52,523 nt of DNA from Acholeplasmataceae bacterium (GTDB lineage Bacteria; Bacillota_I; Bacilli_A; Acholeplasmatales; UBA5453): the NCBI GenBank assembly GCA_028685975.1, contig JAQUCY010000001.1:1-52523 (forward strand). Direction: 5' to 3'. The notes beneath the pieces were generated by a model. It made no database searches. It was not told the origin of the DNA and worked only from the letters and a program-made list of their open reading frames with translations. The position numbers and the translations under genes are program-made. Shown here in pieces: positions 44,777 through 52,523 of the stretch; the first letter of the stretch is position 1, and the number at the start of each line of letters is the position of its first letter.

Positions 44777-44805
44777 ATTTTATCACAATTATGTTATTAT
44801 TTCTA
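44777..44805 (-). promoter_or_regulatory. prfA operon promoter candidate
   Basis: The minus strand reads TAGAAA - 17 nt - TAAAAT with TGA upstream of the -10. Confidence 0.4.
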
Positions 44806-44840
44806 CATGTTCTCACTAGAGAGATTTTTAAGCATATAAT

Positions 44841-44869
44841 TTGAGGAAAATTCTAAATAGTGTTATAAT
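44841..44869 (+). promoter_or_regulatory. dps promoter candidate
   Basis: TTGAGG - 17 nt - TATAAT with TGT upstream of the -10. SD AGAGGAGGAA. Confidence 0.5.
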
Positions 44870-44900
44870 ATAGATAGTCAGAAAGAGGAGGAAACATATT

Positions 44901-45332
44901 ATGACAGTAACAAAACAATTAAATCAACAAGTTGCAAACCTGAGTGTGTTATACGTTAAATTACACAACTTTCATTGGTTTGTTAAGGGGCAAAATTTCT
45001 ATCAATTACATGAAAAATTTGAAGAATTATATGATGAAGTAACAGAAATTTATGATGCAGTGGCAGAAAGAATTCTTATGATTGGGGAAAAACCAGTTGC
45101 GACTCTTAAAGAGGCTTTAGAATTAGCTACAATTAAAGAAGCTACAGGAAAAGAAACGACTAAAGAAATGATTGAATCTTTAATCCATGATTACAAATTA
45201 TTAAATGATGAATTTGGTCACGCAATTCCAGCTGCAGAATCTACTGATGATGATGTAACAGTTGATTTATTAACTTCAACTCGTGCAACATTCCAAAAAC
45301 ATATTTGGATGTTAACTGAGTTAATTAAATAA
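44901..45332 (+). CDS. dps: Dps-family DNA-binding ferritin-like protein
   Basis: Motifs LHNFHWFVKGQNFYQLHEKFEELYDE. 143 aa. Confidence 0.9.
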   Translation: MTVTKQLNQQVANLSVLYVKLHNFHWFVKGQNFYQLHEKFEELYDEVTEIYDAVAERILMIGEKPVATLKEALELATIKEATGKETTKEMIESLIHDYKLLNDEFGHAIPAAESTDDDVTVDLLTSTRATFQKHIWMLTELIK

Positions 45333-45343
45333 TTTAATATTTT

Positions 45344-45373
45344 AAAAGGTAGGCTTTCGGCCTACCTTTTTTT
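45344..45373. terminator. Bidirectional terminator shared by the convergent dps and dnaB
   Basis: AAAA-GGTAGGC-TTTCG-GCCTACC-TTTTTTT. Confidence 0.7.
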
Positions 45374-46703
45374 ATTCTTCTCTATCTGTAATTGCATAAA
45401 ATTTTGATTGATCCTTATTAAACTTCAATCTAAAATCTCCTAGTGAACCTTGCCTATTTTTCGCAATTTTCACCTCAATTATATCTTCTCCAATTAAAGT
45501 GTTTGTTTCATCTCTTGGTGCATACAAAAATAATACAATGTCGGCATCTTGTTCAATTGAGCCTGACTCTCTTAAATCAGCAAGTACTGGTGTTTTATCT
45601 TCGCGCTTTTCCAAATCTCTTGATAACTGTGATAATGCGAGTACGGGGATTTTAAGTTCTCGTGCCATTTGTTTTAATGATCTAGAGATTTCTGCAACGC
45701 CTTCTTGACGATTACCACGGCTAGATGATTCGTTAATTAACTGTAAATAGTCAATAATAACAAAATCTAATCTTCCTTCTTGTCGTAATTTACGACACTT
45801 AGCACGAATATCTTTTACTTTTACATCTGATGAATCATCAAAAAATATTCTAAGTTGATTTAACGAATTTGTTGCTGCATTAATGTCATCCCATTCATTT
45901 GAAGTCAAGTTACCTGTTTTTATTCTTCGATTGGAAACTAAGCTTTCGCATGACAACATTCTACTAACCAACTGTTCATTAGACATCTCTAATGAAAAGA
46001 TTGCTACCCCAGCTTTACCTTGTTTGTTAAATTTAGCAACTTGTAATGCTAAATTCATAGCTAGTGCGCTCTTCCCAACTGATGGTCTCGCTGCTAAGAT
46101 AATAAATTCTTCTGGTTGGAAACCAGCTGTTGCATAATTAAGTTTTGCAAATCCAGTATCAATACCAGTAACTGTACTGTCAGAACGTTTTATTTCTGCT
46201 TTATTTCTAACTTCTTTTAAAACTTCACTCAAAGTTAAAAATTCGCCTGCTCGTCTTTTTCTAATCAAAGTAAAAATAGCTTCTTCAGCATCATCGACAT
46301 AATCAGATGCAGTGATTGCAGGATCAAATCCTTTAGAGTATATTTCACTACTGACTTGAATCATTGACCGTTTTAAAGATTCATCTTTAACCAGTTCGAT
46401 ATATGAATCTAAGTTAGTTATCGTTGGTAGGTAGTCAGTTACTTCAACTAAATAATCAACACCCACTTGACTCATCACTTTTAAACTAGCTAATTCCGTG
46501 GATACAGTCGTATAATCTATTTTAGAGTCACTTTCTAATAGGTTTAGAAGTGCTCGATAGATGTTTTTGTTTTTTGTTTCATAAAAATCCTCAACCGTTA
46601 ACTTATCTGCAACACTTGCTAAACAAGTAGGGTCGACAAATATAGCCCCTAAAACTGATTTTTCAGCATCAATATTGTGGGGCATGACTCTAGTTTCAGC
46701 CAT
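45372..46703 (-). CDS. dnaB: Replicative DNA helicase
   Basis: N-terminus PHNIDAEKSVLGAIF and Walker A ARPSVGKSA. SD AGGAGGG. Confidence 0.95.
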   Translation of the reverse strand: MAETRVMPHNIDAEKSVLGAIFVDPTCLASVADKLTVEDFYETKNKNIYRALLNLLESDSKIDYTTVSTELASLKVMSQVGVDYLVEVTDYLPTITNLDSYIELVKDESLKRSMIQVSSEIYSKGFDPAITASDYVDDAEEAIFTLIRKRRAGEFLTLSEVLKEVRNKAEIKRSDSTVTGIDTGFAKLNYATAGFQPEEFIILAARPSVGKSALAMNLALQVAKFNKQGKAGVAIFSLEMSNEQLVSRMLSCESLVSNRRIKTGNLTSNEWDDINAATNSLNQLRIFFDDSSDVKVKDIRAKCRKLRQEGRLDFVIIDYLQLINESSSRGNRQEGVAEISRSLKQMARELKIPVLALSQLSRDLEKREDKTPVLADLRESGSIEQDADIVLFLYAPRDETNTLIGEDIIEVKIAKNRQGSLGDFRLKFNKDQSKFYAITDREE

Positions 46704-46712
46704 AGAACCCTC

Positions 46713-47156
46713 CTATTTTTCTAATACATTAATTTCAAATTGAGCTTTAATATCTTTTGATAACGTAACCGTTGCGGTGTAAATACCAATTGAATTAATT
46801 TCACTGGTTAATTCAACTTTTTTCTTATCAAATTCGATTCCGTTTTGTTCAGCAAATGCTTCAGCAATTTGCTTCGTTGTTACGCTGCCAAATAATTTCC
46901 CATCATGTCCAATATTAATGAAAATTGTCACACTCTTAGATTCAATTTCATCTTTAAGTTTTTTCATTAATTGGATATGTTGTTTTTCTTGTTCAATTTT
47001 AGCTGCTTTCTCATCTTCTAGCTTCTTAATGGCTTCTGGAGTCGCTAATATCGCCTTATTGTTGGATAGTAGATATTGACCATAACCATTTGGTACCGAA
47101 ATAATATCGTCTTTGTTGCCCTTTGATTTAACATCTTCTAATAAAATAATTTTCAT
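46713..47156 (-). CDS. rplI: Ribosomal protein L9 (147 aa). The reading frame is open upstream into gdpP.
   Basis: MKIILLEDVKSKGNKDDIISVPNGYGQYLL... ATG 47156 is preceded by AAGGTGGTGA-ACCT. Confidence 0.9.
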   Translation of the reverse strand: MKIILLEDVKSKGNKDDIISVPNGYGQYLLSNNKAILATPEAIKKLEDEKAAKIEQEKQHIQLMKKLKDEIESKSVTIFINIGHDGKLFGSVTTKQIAEAFAEQNGIEFDKKKVELTSEINSIGIYTATVTLSKDIKAQFEINVLEK

Positions 47157-49151
47157 AGGTTCACCACCTTCATCTGATTCTCTGATTAAAATACTTTTTA
47201 GTTGATCATAAACTTCATCAACTGTTTTGTTTTCTAATTGCGTTGCGGCACTATTTAAATGTCCGCCACCATTCATTTCTTCCATTATAATTTGAACATT
47301 CACATCATCATAACTTCTTGCGCTAACACCAATTATGTTCTCTGCAACCCTAGCCATAGTAAAGCCGGCTTTAATTCCATCAATATCTAGGATTCTTTCG
47401 CTTACTTGAGCTAATAAGACTCTATCGTGAATATCGCCTGAATCATCTTTGACGATACCAAACCCAACAATTGGTGATTCGACTTTATTTAATAAATTGT
47501 TAATTAATAGTGTTCTTTCTTTATCTAGTCTCAACCATTCTTTTACTTTAACTGAAGATGCTTGTTGTTCTTTTAAATAAGCCGCAGCTCCAAATGTTCT
47601 AGTTCCTGTTCGATAAGTAAATTCATTGGTATCAACTAATATCCCCCCATACATAATTGATGCTTCAATCGGCTCTAGTTCTACTTCATGTGGATAGAAC
47701 TCCATCATCTCAGCAATTAATTCAACACTACTTGAGGCATAAGGTTCAATATAAACAAAGTCTCCTTCAAATGTAGTTTCACCATGTCTATGATGATCAA
47801 TAATTGCAATCTTCTTAGCCACTTCTAATACAGTCGGTGAAGATATAATCGCTGGTGATTGTGTGTCAACAACAACTAATAATGTTTCGTCACTAATTAA
47901 TTTTAGAGCTTCCTTGGTATCAATAAGGTTTTTAAATATTTCTTTTGACTCTTTTTTCAAGTCAATGTAAACTTTTTTGACAGTATCATCAATTTGATCA
48001 TCATCACAAATAATTTTACATGGTATCTTTGATGCTTCTGCCATTCTATAAACCCCAATCATTGCGCCAAAAGCATCAATATCAGATTGCTTATGAGCGA
48101 TTGTCAAAACATTTTTTGAAGCTTCAATCAAATCTTTAAATGCTTGGGTTTGAACTCTAACTTGAACACGACTACTTTTTTCCGAAGCATTGGTTTTACC
48201 ACCGAAGTAAGCAATCTTTTCACCTTGAATATTAACAACCGCCTGGTCACCACCACGTTTTTCAGCTAATTCAATTGCGTTTTGAGCTAATATTCCTAAT
48301 TCCTCGTAACTTACTTCCCAACTCGCAATCCCAATTGATGCAGTAACTCGAATCCGGTGTTTATCTGAAACCTCTCTAATTTTATTTAATATATCAAATT
48401 TGTCTTGAATAATATTTTGAAGTTCTTCATAATAAAAACCAATAACCATACGATCTTCTGTATAAAGTTTTAAATACCCTTGATGGCTACTAACCCAATC
48501 ACTAATTAAACCTAAATACTCACCTCGTATATTACTCTTTTCATATACATCAAAACTTTGTAGCGCTTCTTCAACATTATCTAAATATAATAAACCTAAT
48601 GAAGTAGATCTATTAATATATTTTTCTTTAATATTTTCTCTTTCAGTTACGTCAAATAGATATAATACTTGATTTTGTTTGTTGTTAATCGCGTCAAACT
48701 TATTAGCTCCAATTTGAAGTGTCATGTTTGTATCATTACCACTAATTAAATCAACAAAATTTGGATGAAGTTCTAATAATGGTTTGTTCTCAATTTTTTG
48801 ATTTTCAAAGATTTTAGAACTAAAAGGATTATGCCATTTAACGGTATAATCATCACTTTCATATAATATAATCCCGATAGGCAGCTCGTTAAAAGATTCA
48901 TCACCAATTTTATTAACATGGTAAGAAAGACTGCTCCAAGCGGTCAATCTATTTTCTAATGATTTAATTTTAATTGCTCTTTGATGGTTAATCGCTAAGA
49001 ATAGAATCATTACAGTTACTACACCTGAAACAACTAATACAATATAATAAATTGCATCTGCGCCAGATGAGAAATAGTTATTAATTACCCCGTATATGAC
49101 TACTATTACAAGTACAATTAACGAAATAGCTAGTGTAAAAAACCTTTTCAT
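47157..49151 (-). CDS. gdpP: GdpP/YybT-type c-di-AMP phosphodiesterase (2 TM, PAS-like, degenerate GGDEF, DHH-DHHA1), 665 codons with no stop codon of its own
   Basis: DHH motifs DIDAFGA, VVVDTQS and IIDHHRH; DHHA1 motif GGGH. The last codons ...ESDEGGEP run in frame into the rplI ATG. Confidence 0.85.
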
Positions 49152-49170
49152 TGTCCACCTACTTTCTTAA

Positions 49171-49179
49171 ATTATAACA
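49171..49179 (-). promoter_or_regulatory. Extended -10 promoter candidate for gdpP-rplI-dnaB
   Basis: The minus strand reads TGTTATAAT, with SD AGGTGGA. Confidence 0.4.
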
Positions 49180-49202
49180 TGTTTATAACTATTATTATAG
49201 TG

Positions 49203-49228
49203 AAAAAAAAGACTTAATAATAAGTCTT
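49203..49228 (-). terminator. Terminator of rpsF-ssb-rpsR, abutting the rpsR stop codon
   Basis: The minus strand reads AAGACTTA-TTAT-TAAGTCTT followed by a T run. Confidence 0.6.
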
Positions 49229-49455
49229 TATTCTTTAACGTATGGTAGAAGCGCCATATGTCTTGCGCGCTTAATAGCTATCGCAAGCGGACGTTGCCAT
49301 TTACTTGATGTACCAGTTACTCTTCTTGGTAAGATTTTACCTCTATCTGAAATAAATCTTCTTAACAAATCCACATCTTTGAAATCAATGTGAGTAACTT
49401 TATTTTGAGTAAAATAACATACTTTTTTGCGTCTATTAAATCTTCTTTGTTGCAT
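49228..49455 (-). CDS. rpsR: Ribosomal protein S18
   Basis: Contains [33 protein letters not shown]. Confidence 0.95.
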   Translation of the reverse strand: MQQRRFNRRKKVCYFTQNKVTHIDFKDVDLLRRFISDRGKILPRRVTGTSSKWQRPLAIAIKRARHMALLPYVKE

Positions 49456-49469
49456 AATTAGTCCTTTCT

Positions 49470-49883
49470 TTAAAATGGTAGATCATCTTCAGAGGCAATA
49501 TCTATTGCACTGTCTAAAAATGGATCATCATCAGCCGGAACTTCATAACTTGGATTAGTGTTACTTGATTTGGATTCTAGGAATTGTACTGAGTCGCATA
49601 CAACTTCTGTAATATATCTGTTTTCTCCTGTTTGAGTTTGATATGTTCTAGTTTGTAAACGACCATCAACACCAATTAAGCCGCCTTTGCTAATAAACTT
49701 AGCAAGGTTTTCTGCTTGGGCTCTCCAAACAACACAGTTGATAAAGTCAGCTTCTCTTTCCCCTTGGCTATTCACGAATGTTCTATTAACTGCAATCGAA
49801 AAATTGACAAAAGGGACATTACTTTGTGTGTATTTAAGTTCTGGGTCTTTGGTTATACGACCTACTAATACTACTCTGTTCAT
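49470..49883 (-). CDS. ssb: Single-stranded DNA-binding protein
   Basis: [19 protein letters not shown] and an acidic tail ending DDLPF. Confidence 0.95.
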   Translation of the reverse strand: MNRVVLVGRITKDPELKYTQSNVPFVNFSIAVNRTFVNSQGEREADFINCVVWRAQAENLAKFISKGGLIGVDGRLQTRTYQTQTGENRYITEVVCDSVQFLESKSSNTNPSYEVPADDDPFLDSAIDIASEDDLPF

Positions 49884-49892
49884 AATTTCTCC

Positions 49893-50180
49893 TTACTCGC
49901 CTTCTTTAATAACTATAAAGCGAATAACATCTTCTGTAATTCTTACGACACGGTTAAATTCTTTAACTGCTTCAGGGCTAGCACTGACTAATTGCCAAAC
50001 ATAGTAGCCTTTTTTGAAGTGGTCAATCTCGTATGCAAGATCTTTCAACCCAATCTCTTTGTGTTCCTTAACTTGTGCTTGTAAATCAGTAAATACTTTT
50101 GTTAGATTTTCAATCACTTGTTTGGTTTCTTCATTTTCAAGATCTGGTTTGATGATATACATAATTTCGTAATTCTTCAT
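49893..50180 (-). CDS. rpsF: Ribosomal protein S6
   Basis: The start is trimmed to MKNYEIMYIIKPDL. Perfect SD AAAGGAGGAA 5 nt upstream of ATG 50180. Confidence 0.93.
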   Translation of the reverse strand: MKNYEIMYIIKPDLENEETKQVIENLTKVFTDLQAQVKEHKEIGLKDLAYEIDHFKKGYYVWQLVSASPEAVKEFNRVVRITEDVIRFIVIKEGE

Positions 50181-50253
50181 CTTGTTTCCTCCTTTTGGTC
50201 TATTGGTCATAATCTAGGTTATGACAAGGATGGTTATAAAACCACGCTTGATT

Positions 50254-50262
50254 ATTATATCA
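50254..50262 (-). promoter_or_regulatory. Extended -10 promoter candidate for rpsF-ssb-rpsR
   Basis: The minus strand reads TGATATAAT. It leaves a leader of about 65-70 nt containing two hairpins. Confidence 0.4.
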
Positions 50263-50307
50263 TAAAGATATAAATTATACAATTAAAATATTGTTAAATA
50301 AAACTGA

Positions 50308-50769
50308 TTAAATAAGTTTGTCTAAGAGACTATATACAGCTTCACATGTTTTTTCGATAATAACAGATCTTTCTAGGTTTCCAAATTGAAAATGATAGCT
50401 ATTGTGCTTACCGCCCTTATAAATGCAAACCCAAACTTCTCCTACTTGACTGCGCTCTTCAGCGGTCGGCCCAGCACTACCTGTAATTCCAACCCCAATA
50501 CTGGCATAACCCTTCAAAGCGACATTTTCCGCCATAATCATACTAACCGCATTACTAACAACACCGTGTAACTTAATTATGTGCGGCGTCACTTCTAAAA
50601 GTTCTTCTTTCATCTGATTTGAGTACGTTACAAGACCTAATTCAACAACTTCAGAAGCACCAGGATGTTGAATCAATTCACTAATTACTCTACCACCTGT
50701 CATTGATTCTGCAAAGGCAATCTTATATTGTTTTTGGATTAATTTATCTAATACGATTTTACTTTTCAT
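50308..50769 (-). CDS. CinA C-terminal-domain protein (PncC-type NMN amidohydrolase domain only)
   Basis: Motif FAESMTGGRV. 153 aa. ATGA overlap with the upstream gene. Confidence 0.8.
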   Translation of the reverse strand: MKSKIVLDKLIQKQYKIAFAESMTGGRVISELIQHPGASEVVELGLVTYSNQMKEELLEVTPHIIKLHGVVSNAVSMIMAENVALKGYASIGVGITGSAGPTAEERSQVGEVWVCIYKGGKHNSYHFQFGNLERSVIIEKTCEAVYSLLDKLI

Positions 50770-51545
50770 TGTCTTTCTTTTAAAGGCATCGCATTTTGAA
50801 AACCTTCATAAATATCATAACTTAATCTAAATACGACCCCAGATGTAAGTCTCAATATAACAGAACAAGTATCAGTCATATGAATATCTTGATCAAAGAA
50901 ATTTTTAAAATAATTTTCATATTTTCTATTGTTAACAGTTTTATGGTGAGGAATGTTTTTATCTGGTAAGTAGAAATATTCGATTTCATCTAAAGTAACC
51001 ATAAATCTTGAAGCATCTGATTTTTGAGCATCAATCACTCTTAGATATACATCCTGTCTTCCATTAGACAGATAACTAGGCATCTTATATTTAGTATCTT
51101 TAAAGTAATCATCAACAAACAAAAATTGATACCCATCTATTAATACATAGATTTTACCAGCTTTTAGTGATTTCATATGGGGATTTTTATGTTGTCCAAT
51201 ATAATATAAATCGAAATTATCCAAACCATCAAACTTAGTTTGATAAAACCTATCTACTGCGATTAAATATTTATTGATTCTTCTTCGTTTCGGAAAAATT
51301 AATAAATATAAAAATATCACAAACCCAACCCCTGAAATAATAAAAGCAGTCATTTCTGAGATTGGTTCTTTACCACCTAAGATACCCACAATCGCCATAA
51401 CAACGACTATTAATACTAGCATTATGTAAACAAGTGTTCTTCCGAACGAAGGGATTAACATGAGTTTAGATGCTAAATTCTTTTCTTGTTTTTCCGATAA
51501 AACTTGTCCAGTTTCAATTTTTAATAATAATCCTTTAAATAACAT
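50766..51545 (-). CDS. Membrane protein of unknown function (2 TM + ~170-aa soluble C-terminal domain)
   Basis: TM segments LVYIMLVLIVVVMAIVGILGG and AFIISGVGFVIFLYLLIF. SD GAGGTG. I recognise no family motif. Confidence 0.7.
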   Translation of the reverse strand: MLFKGLLLKIETGQVLSEKQEKNLASKLMLIPSFGRTLVYIMLVLIVVVMAIVGILGGKEPISEMTAFIISGVGFVIFLYLLIFPKRRRINKYLIAVDRFYQTKFDGLDNFDLYYIGQHKNPHMKSLKAGKIYVLIDGYQFLFVDDYFKDTKYKMPSYLSNGRQDVYLRVIDAQKSDASRFMVTLDEIEYFYLPDKNIPHHKTVNNRKYENYFKNFFDQDIHMTDTCSVILRLTSGVVFRLSYDIYEGFQNAMPLKERQ

Positions 51546-51571
51546 AAAGCACCTCGATTGTTTCTATTTTA

Positions 51572-52351
51572 TCATAAACTGGTTTGTTTTTGAATGTTCA
51601 TTTTAGTAAATAAACGGACCGTATTATCGGTTGTTATTCGGTCCATTTCAGCGATAGTTAACCCTCTTATCTCTGCTAGTTTACTTAATGTATAAGCCGT
51701 ATAAGCGGGTTCATTGGTTTTACCTCTATATGGTACTGGTGCTAAATATGGCGCATCCGTTTCCACTAATAACCTATCAAGTGGTGTTTTTTTCGCAATT
51801 TCTATCACTTCTTTAGCATTTTTAAATGTTACGATACCACCTACTCCAATATAGAAACCCAAATCTATAAACTTATCCAGGAGTTCCACATTTTCACTAT
51901 AACAATGCATTACGCCTCTTAAGCTTGGATAATTTTCGACAATATCATATATCTCATTTGCTGAGTTTCTAGAGTGAATAATTACCGGTAAATCAACTGA
52001 TAAAGCCAATTCTATTTGTTTGATAAAGACCTCTTTTTGAAGAACAAAATTATCTTTTACCCAATATAAATCAATCCCAATTTCACCTATTGCGACAACT
52101 TTATTATGTTTGGCTTGTTGTTCAAGTTGTTCAATATCTAATTGTTCATCATTCACATCACTAGGATGTAATCCAATCGCAGCATAAATACATGGATATT
52201 TCTCACTTAATAAGATACCCTGTTGGTTGGCTTTTTTATTCATTCCAACAGCAATCATATGAAGCACATTATTTTTATTGGCTCTACTGACAATATTATC
52301 AATATCACTAAGAAGTGGTACTGTATTAATATGTGTATGTGTATCGATCAT
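51572..52351 (-). CDS. tatD: TatD-family metal-dependent hydrolase/DNase
   Basis: Motifs MIDTHTHI, GEIGIDLYW, IHSR and ETDAPYL. Confidence 0.92.
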   Translation of the reverse strand: MIDTHTHINTVPLLSDIDNIVSRANKNNVLHMIAVGMNKKANQQGILLSEKYPCIYAAIGLHPSDVNDEQLDIEQLEQQAKHNKVVAIGEIGIDLYWVKDNFVLQKEVFIKQIELALSVDLPVIIHSRNSANEIYDIVENYPSLRGVMHCYSENVELLDKFIDLGFYIGVGGIVTFKNAKEVIEIAKKTPLDRLLVETDAPYLAPVPYRGKTNEPAYTAYTLSKLAEIRGLTIAEMDRITTDNTVRLFTKMNIQKQTSL

Positions 52352-52366
52352 TTTATCACCAGTTCT

Positions 52367-52375
52367 ATTTTACCA
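52367..52375 (-). promoter_or_regulatory. Extended -10 promoter candidate for tatD
   Basis: The minus strand reads TGGTAAAAT, 15 nt upstream of ATG 52351. Confidence 0.4.
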
Positions 52376-52433
52376 TATTAGAGCGAAAAAAAGGGGCTGT
52401 AACGAAATAAAATAGTTATGGTTCGACAAAAAG

Positions 52434-52466
52434 AAAAACCACTCTGGTAGAACAGGGTGGTTTTTT
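52434..52466. terminator. Bidirectional-shaped terminator upstream of tatD
   Basis: AAAAACCACTCTG-GTAGAA-CAGGGTGGTTTTTT: a 9-bp stem including one GU, with T runs on both strands. Confidence 0.6.
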
Positions 52467-52523
52467 GATATAATTGTAGTATGTCAAGTACACAATTAAA
52501 TCAAGTATATTTTAACGCAAAAC

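Noticed and set aside
44754-44900. PerR/Fur box in the dps-prfA divergent region
   Set aside because: AT-rich near-repeats (AATTATGTTATTATT, TTATAATATAGAT) do not fit the TTATAATNATTATAA consensus well enough to call.
47157-47230. A frameshift or sequencing indel as the explanation for the gdpP-rplI fusion
   Set aside because: The GdpP-like sequence (GGGH, then ...VDEVYDQLKSILIRE) stays in the same frame right up to the L9 ATG. The one alternative frame I read through this stretch hits a stop within it. A single-base error in a former stop codon cannot be excluded from the sequence alone, so this point is kept as a caveat under the finding.
49151-49159. DnaA-box-like 9-mers: TTGTCCACC here, and CGTGGATAA near 30400
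   Set aside because: They are isolated single near-matches inside an SD or coding region, with no cluster and no AT-rich unwinding element. This is not an origin.
1-52523. CRISPR arrays, IS elements, integrases, prophage or toxin-antitoxin modules, tRNA/rRNA genes
   Set aside because: No intergenic gap exceeds about 185 nt, and each gap is accounted for by promoters and terminators. No transposase, integrase or Cas-like translation appears in any frame, and I saw no direct-repeat array by eye.

Overview
This is an AT-rich (roughly 30% GC by eye), more than 90% coding chromosomal segment with about 50 protein genes, all but four on the minus strand. I found no rRNA, tRNA, CRISPR, IS or prophage sequence. 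The gene order is a compacted Bacillus-type core synteny: dnaE; dnaD-nth; recG-plsX-rnc; prfA-prmC-tsaC, typA, rpiB-upp; rpsF-ssb-rpsR; gdpP-rplI-dnaB; tatD. Interleaved with it are: (a) a seven-gene shikimate/tyrosine operon; (b) a starch/maltodextrin utilisation locus with a membrane-anchored extracellular pullulanase, a GH13 lipoprotein, a CUT1 ABC importer and an extra small lipoprotein; (c) a second, cytoplasmic pullulanase wedged between cca and yhaM; (d) one accessory-looking block with an XRE/helical-repeat regulator, a heterodimeric ABC exporter and an Ig-repeat surface protein. TGA is used as a stop codon. Exported proteins are lipoproteins or signal-peptide plus C-terminal-TM anchored, with no LPXTG. 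This fits a wall-less, standard-code Mollicute such as Acholeplasma or a close relative, but that is inference only. I do not see a convincing new multi-gene system such as a defence island. The most unusual items are: an in-frame, stop-less fusion of the c-di-AMP phosphodiesterase gene gdpP with ribosomal protein L9; the regulator/ABC exporter/adhesin-like block, whose ABC promoter sits inside a 13-bp inverted repeat; a 949-aa PrsA-like lipoprotein; an uncharacterised lipoprotein in the starch locus; a probable leaderless recG; and an excludon-like convergent overlap at yigZ. Several starts in the ORF track were trimmed to downstream ATG/GTG codons that have proper Shine-Dalgarno sequences.
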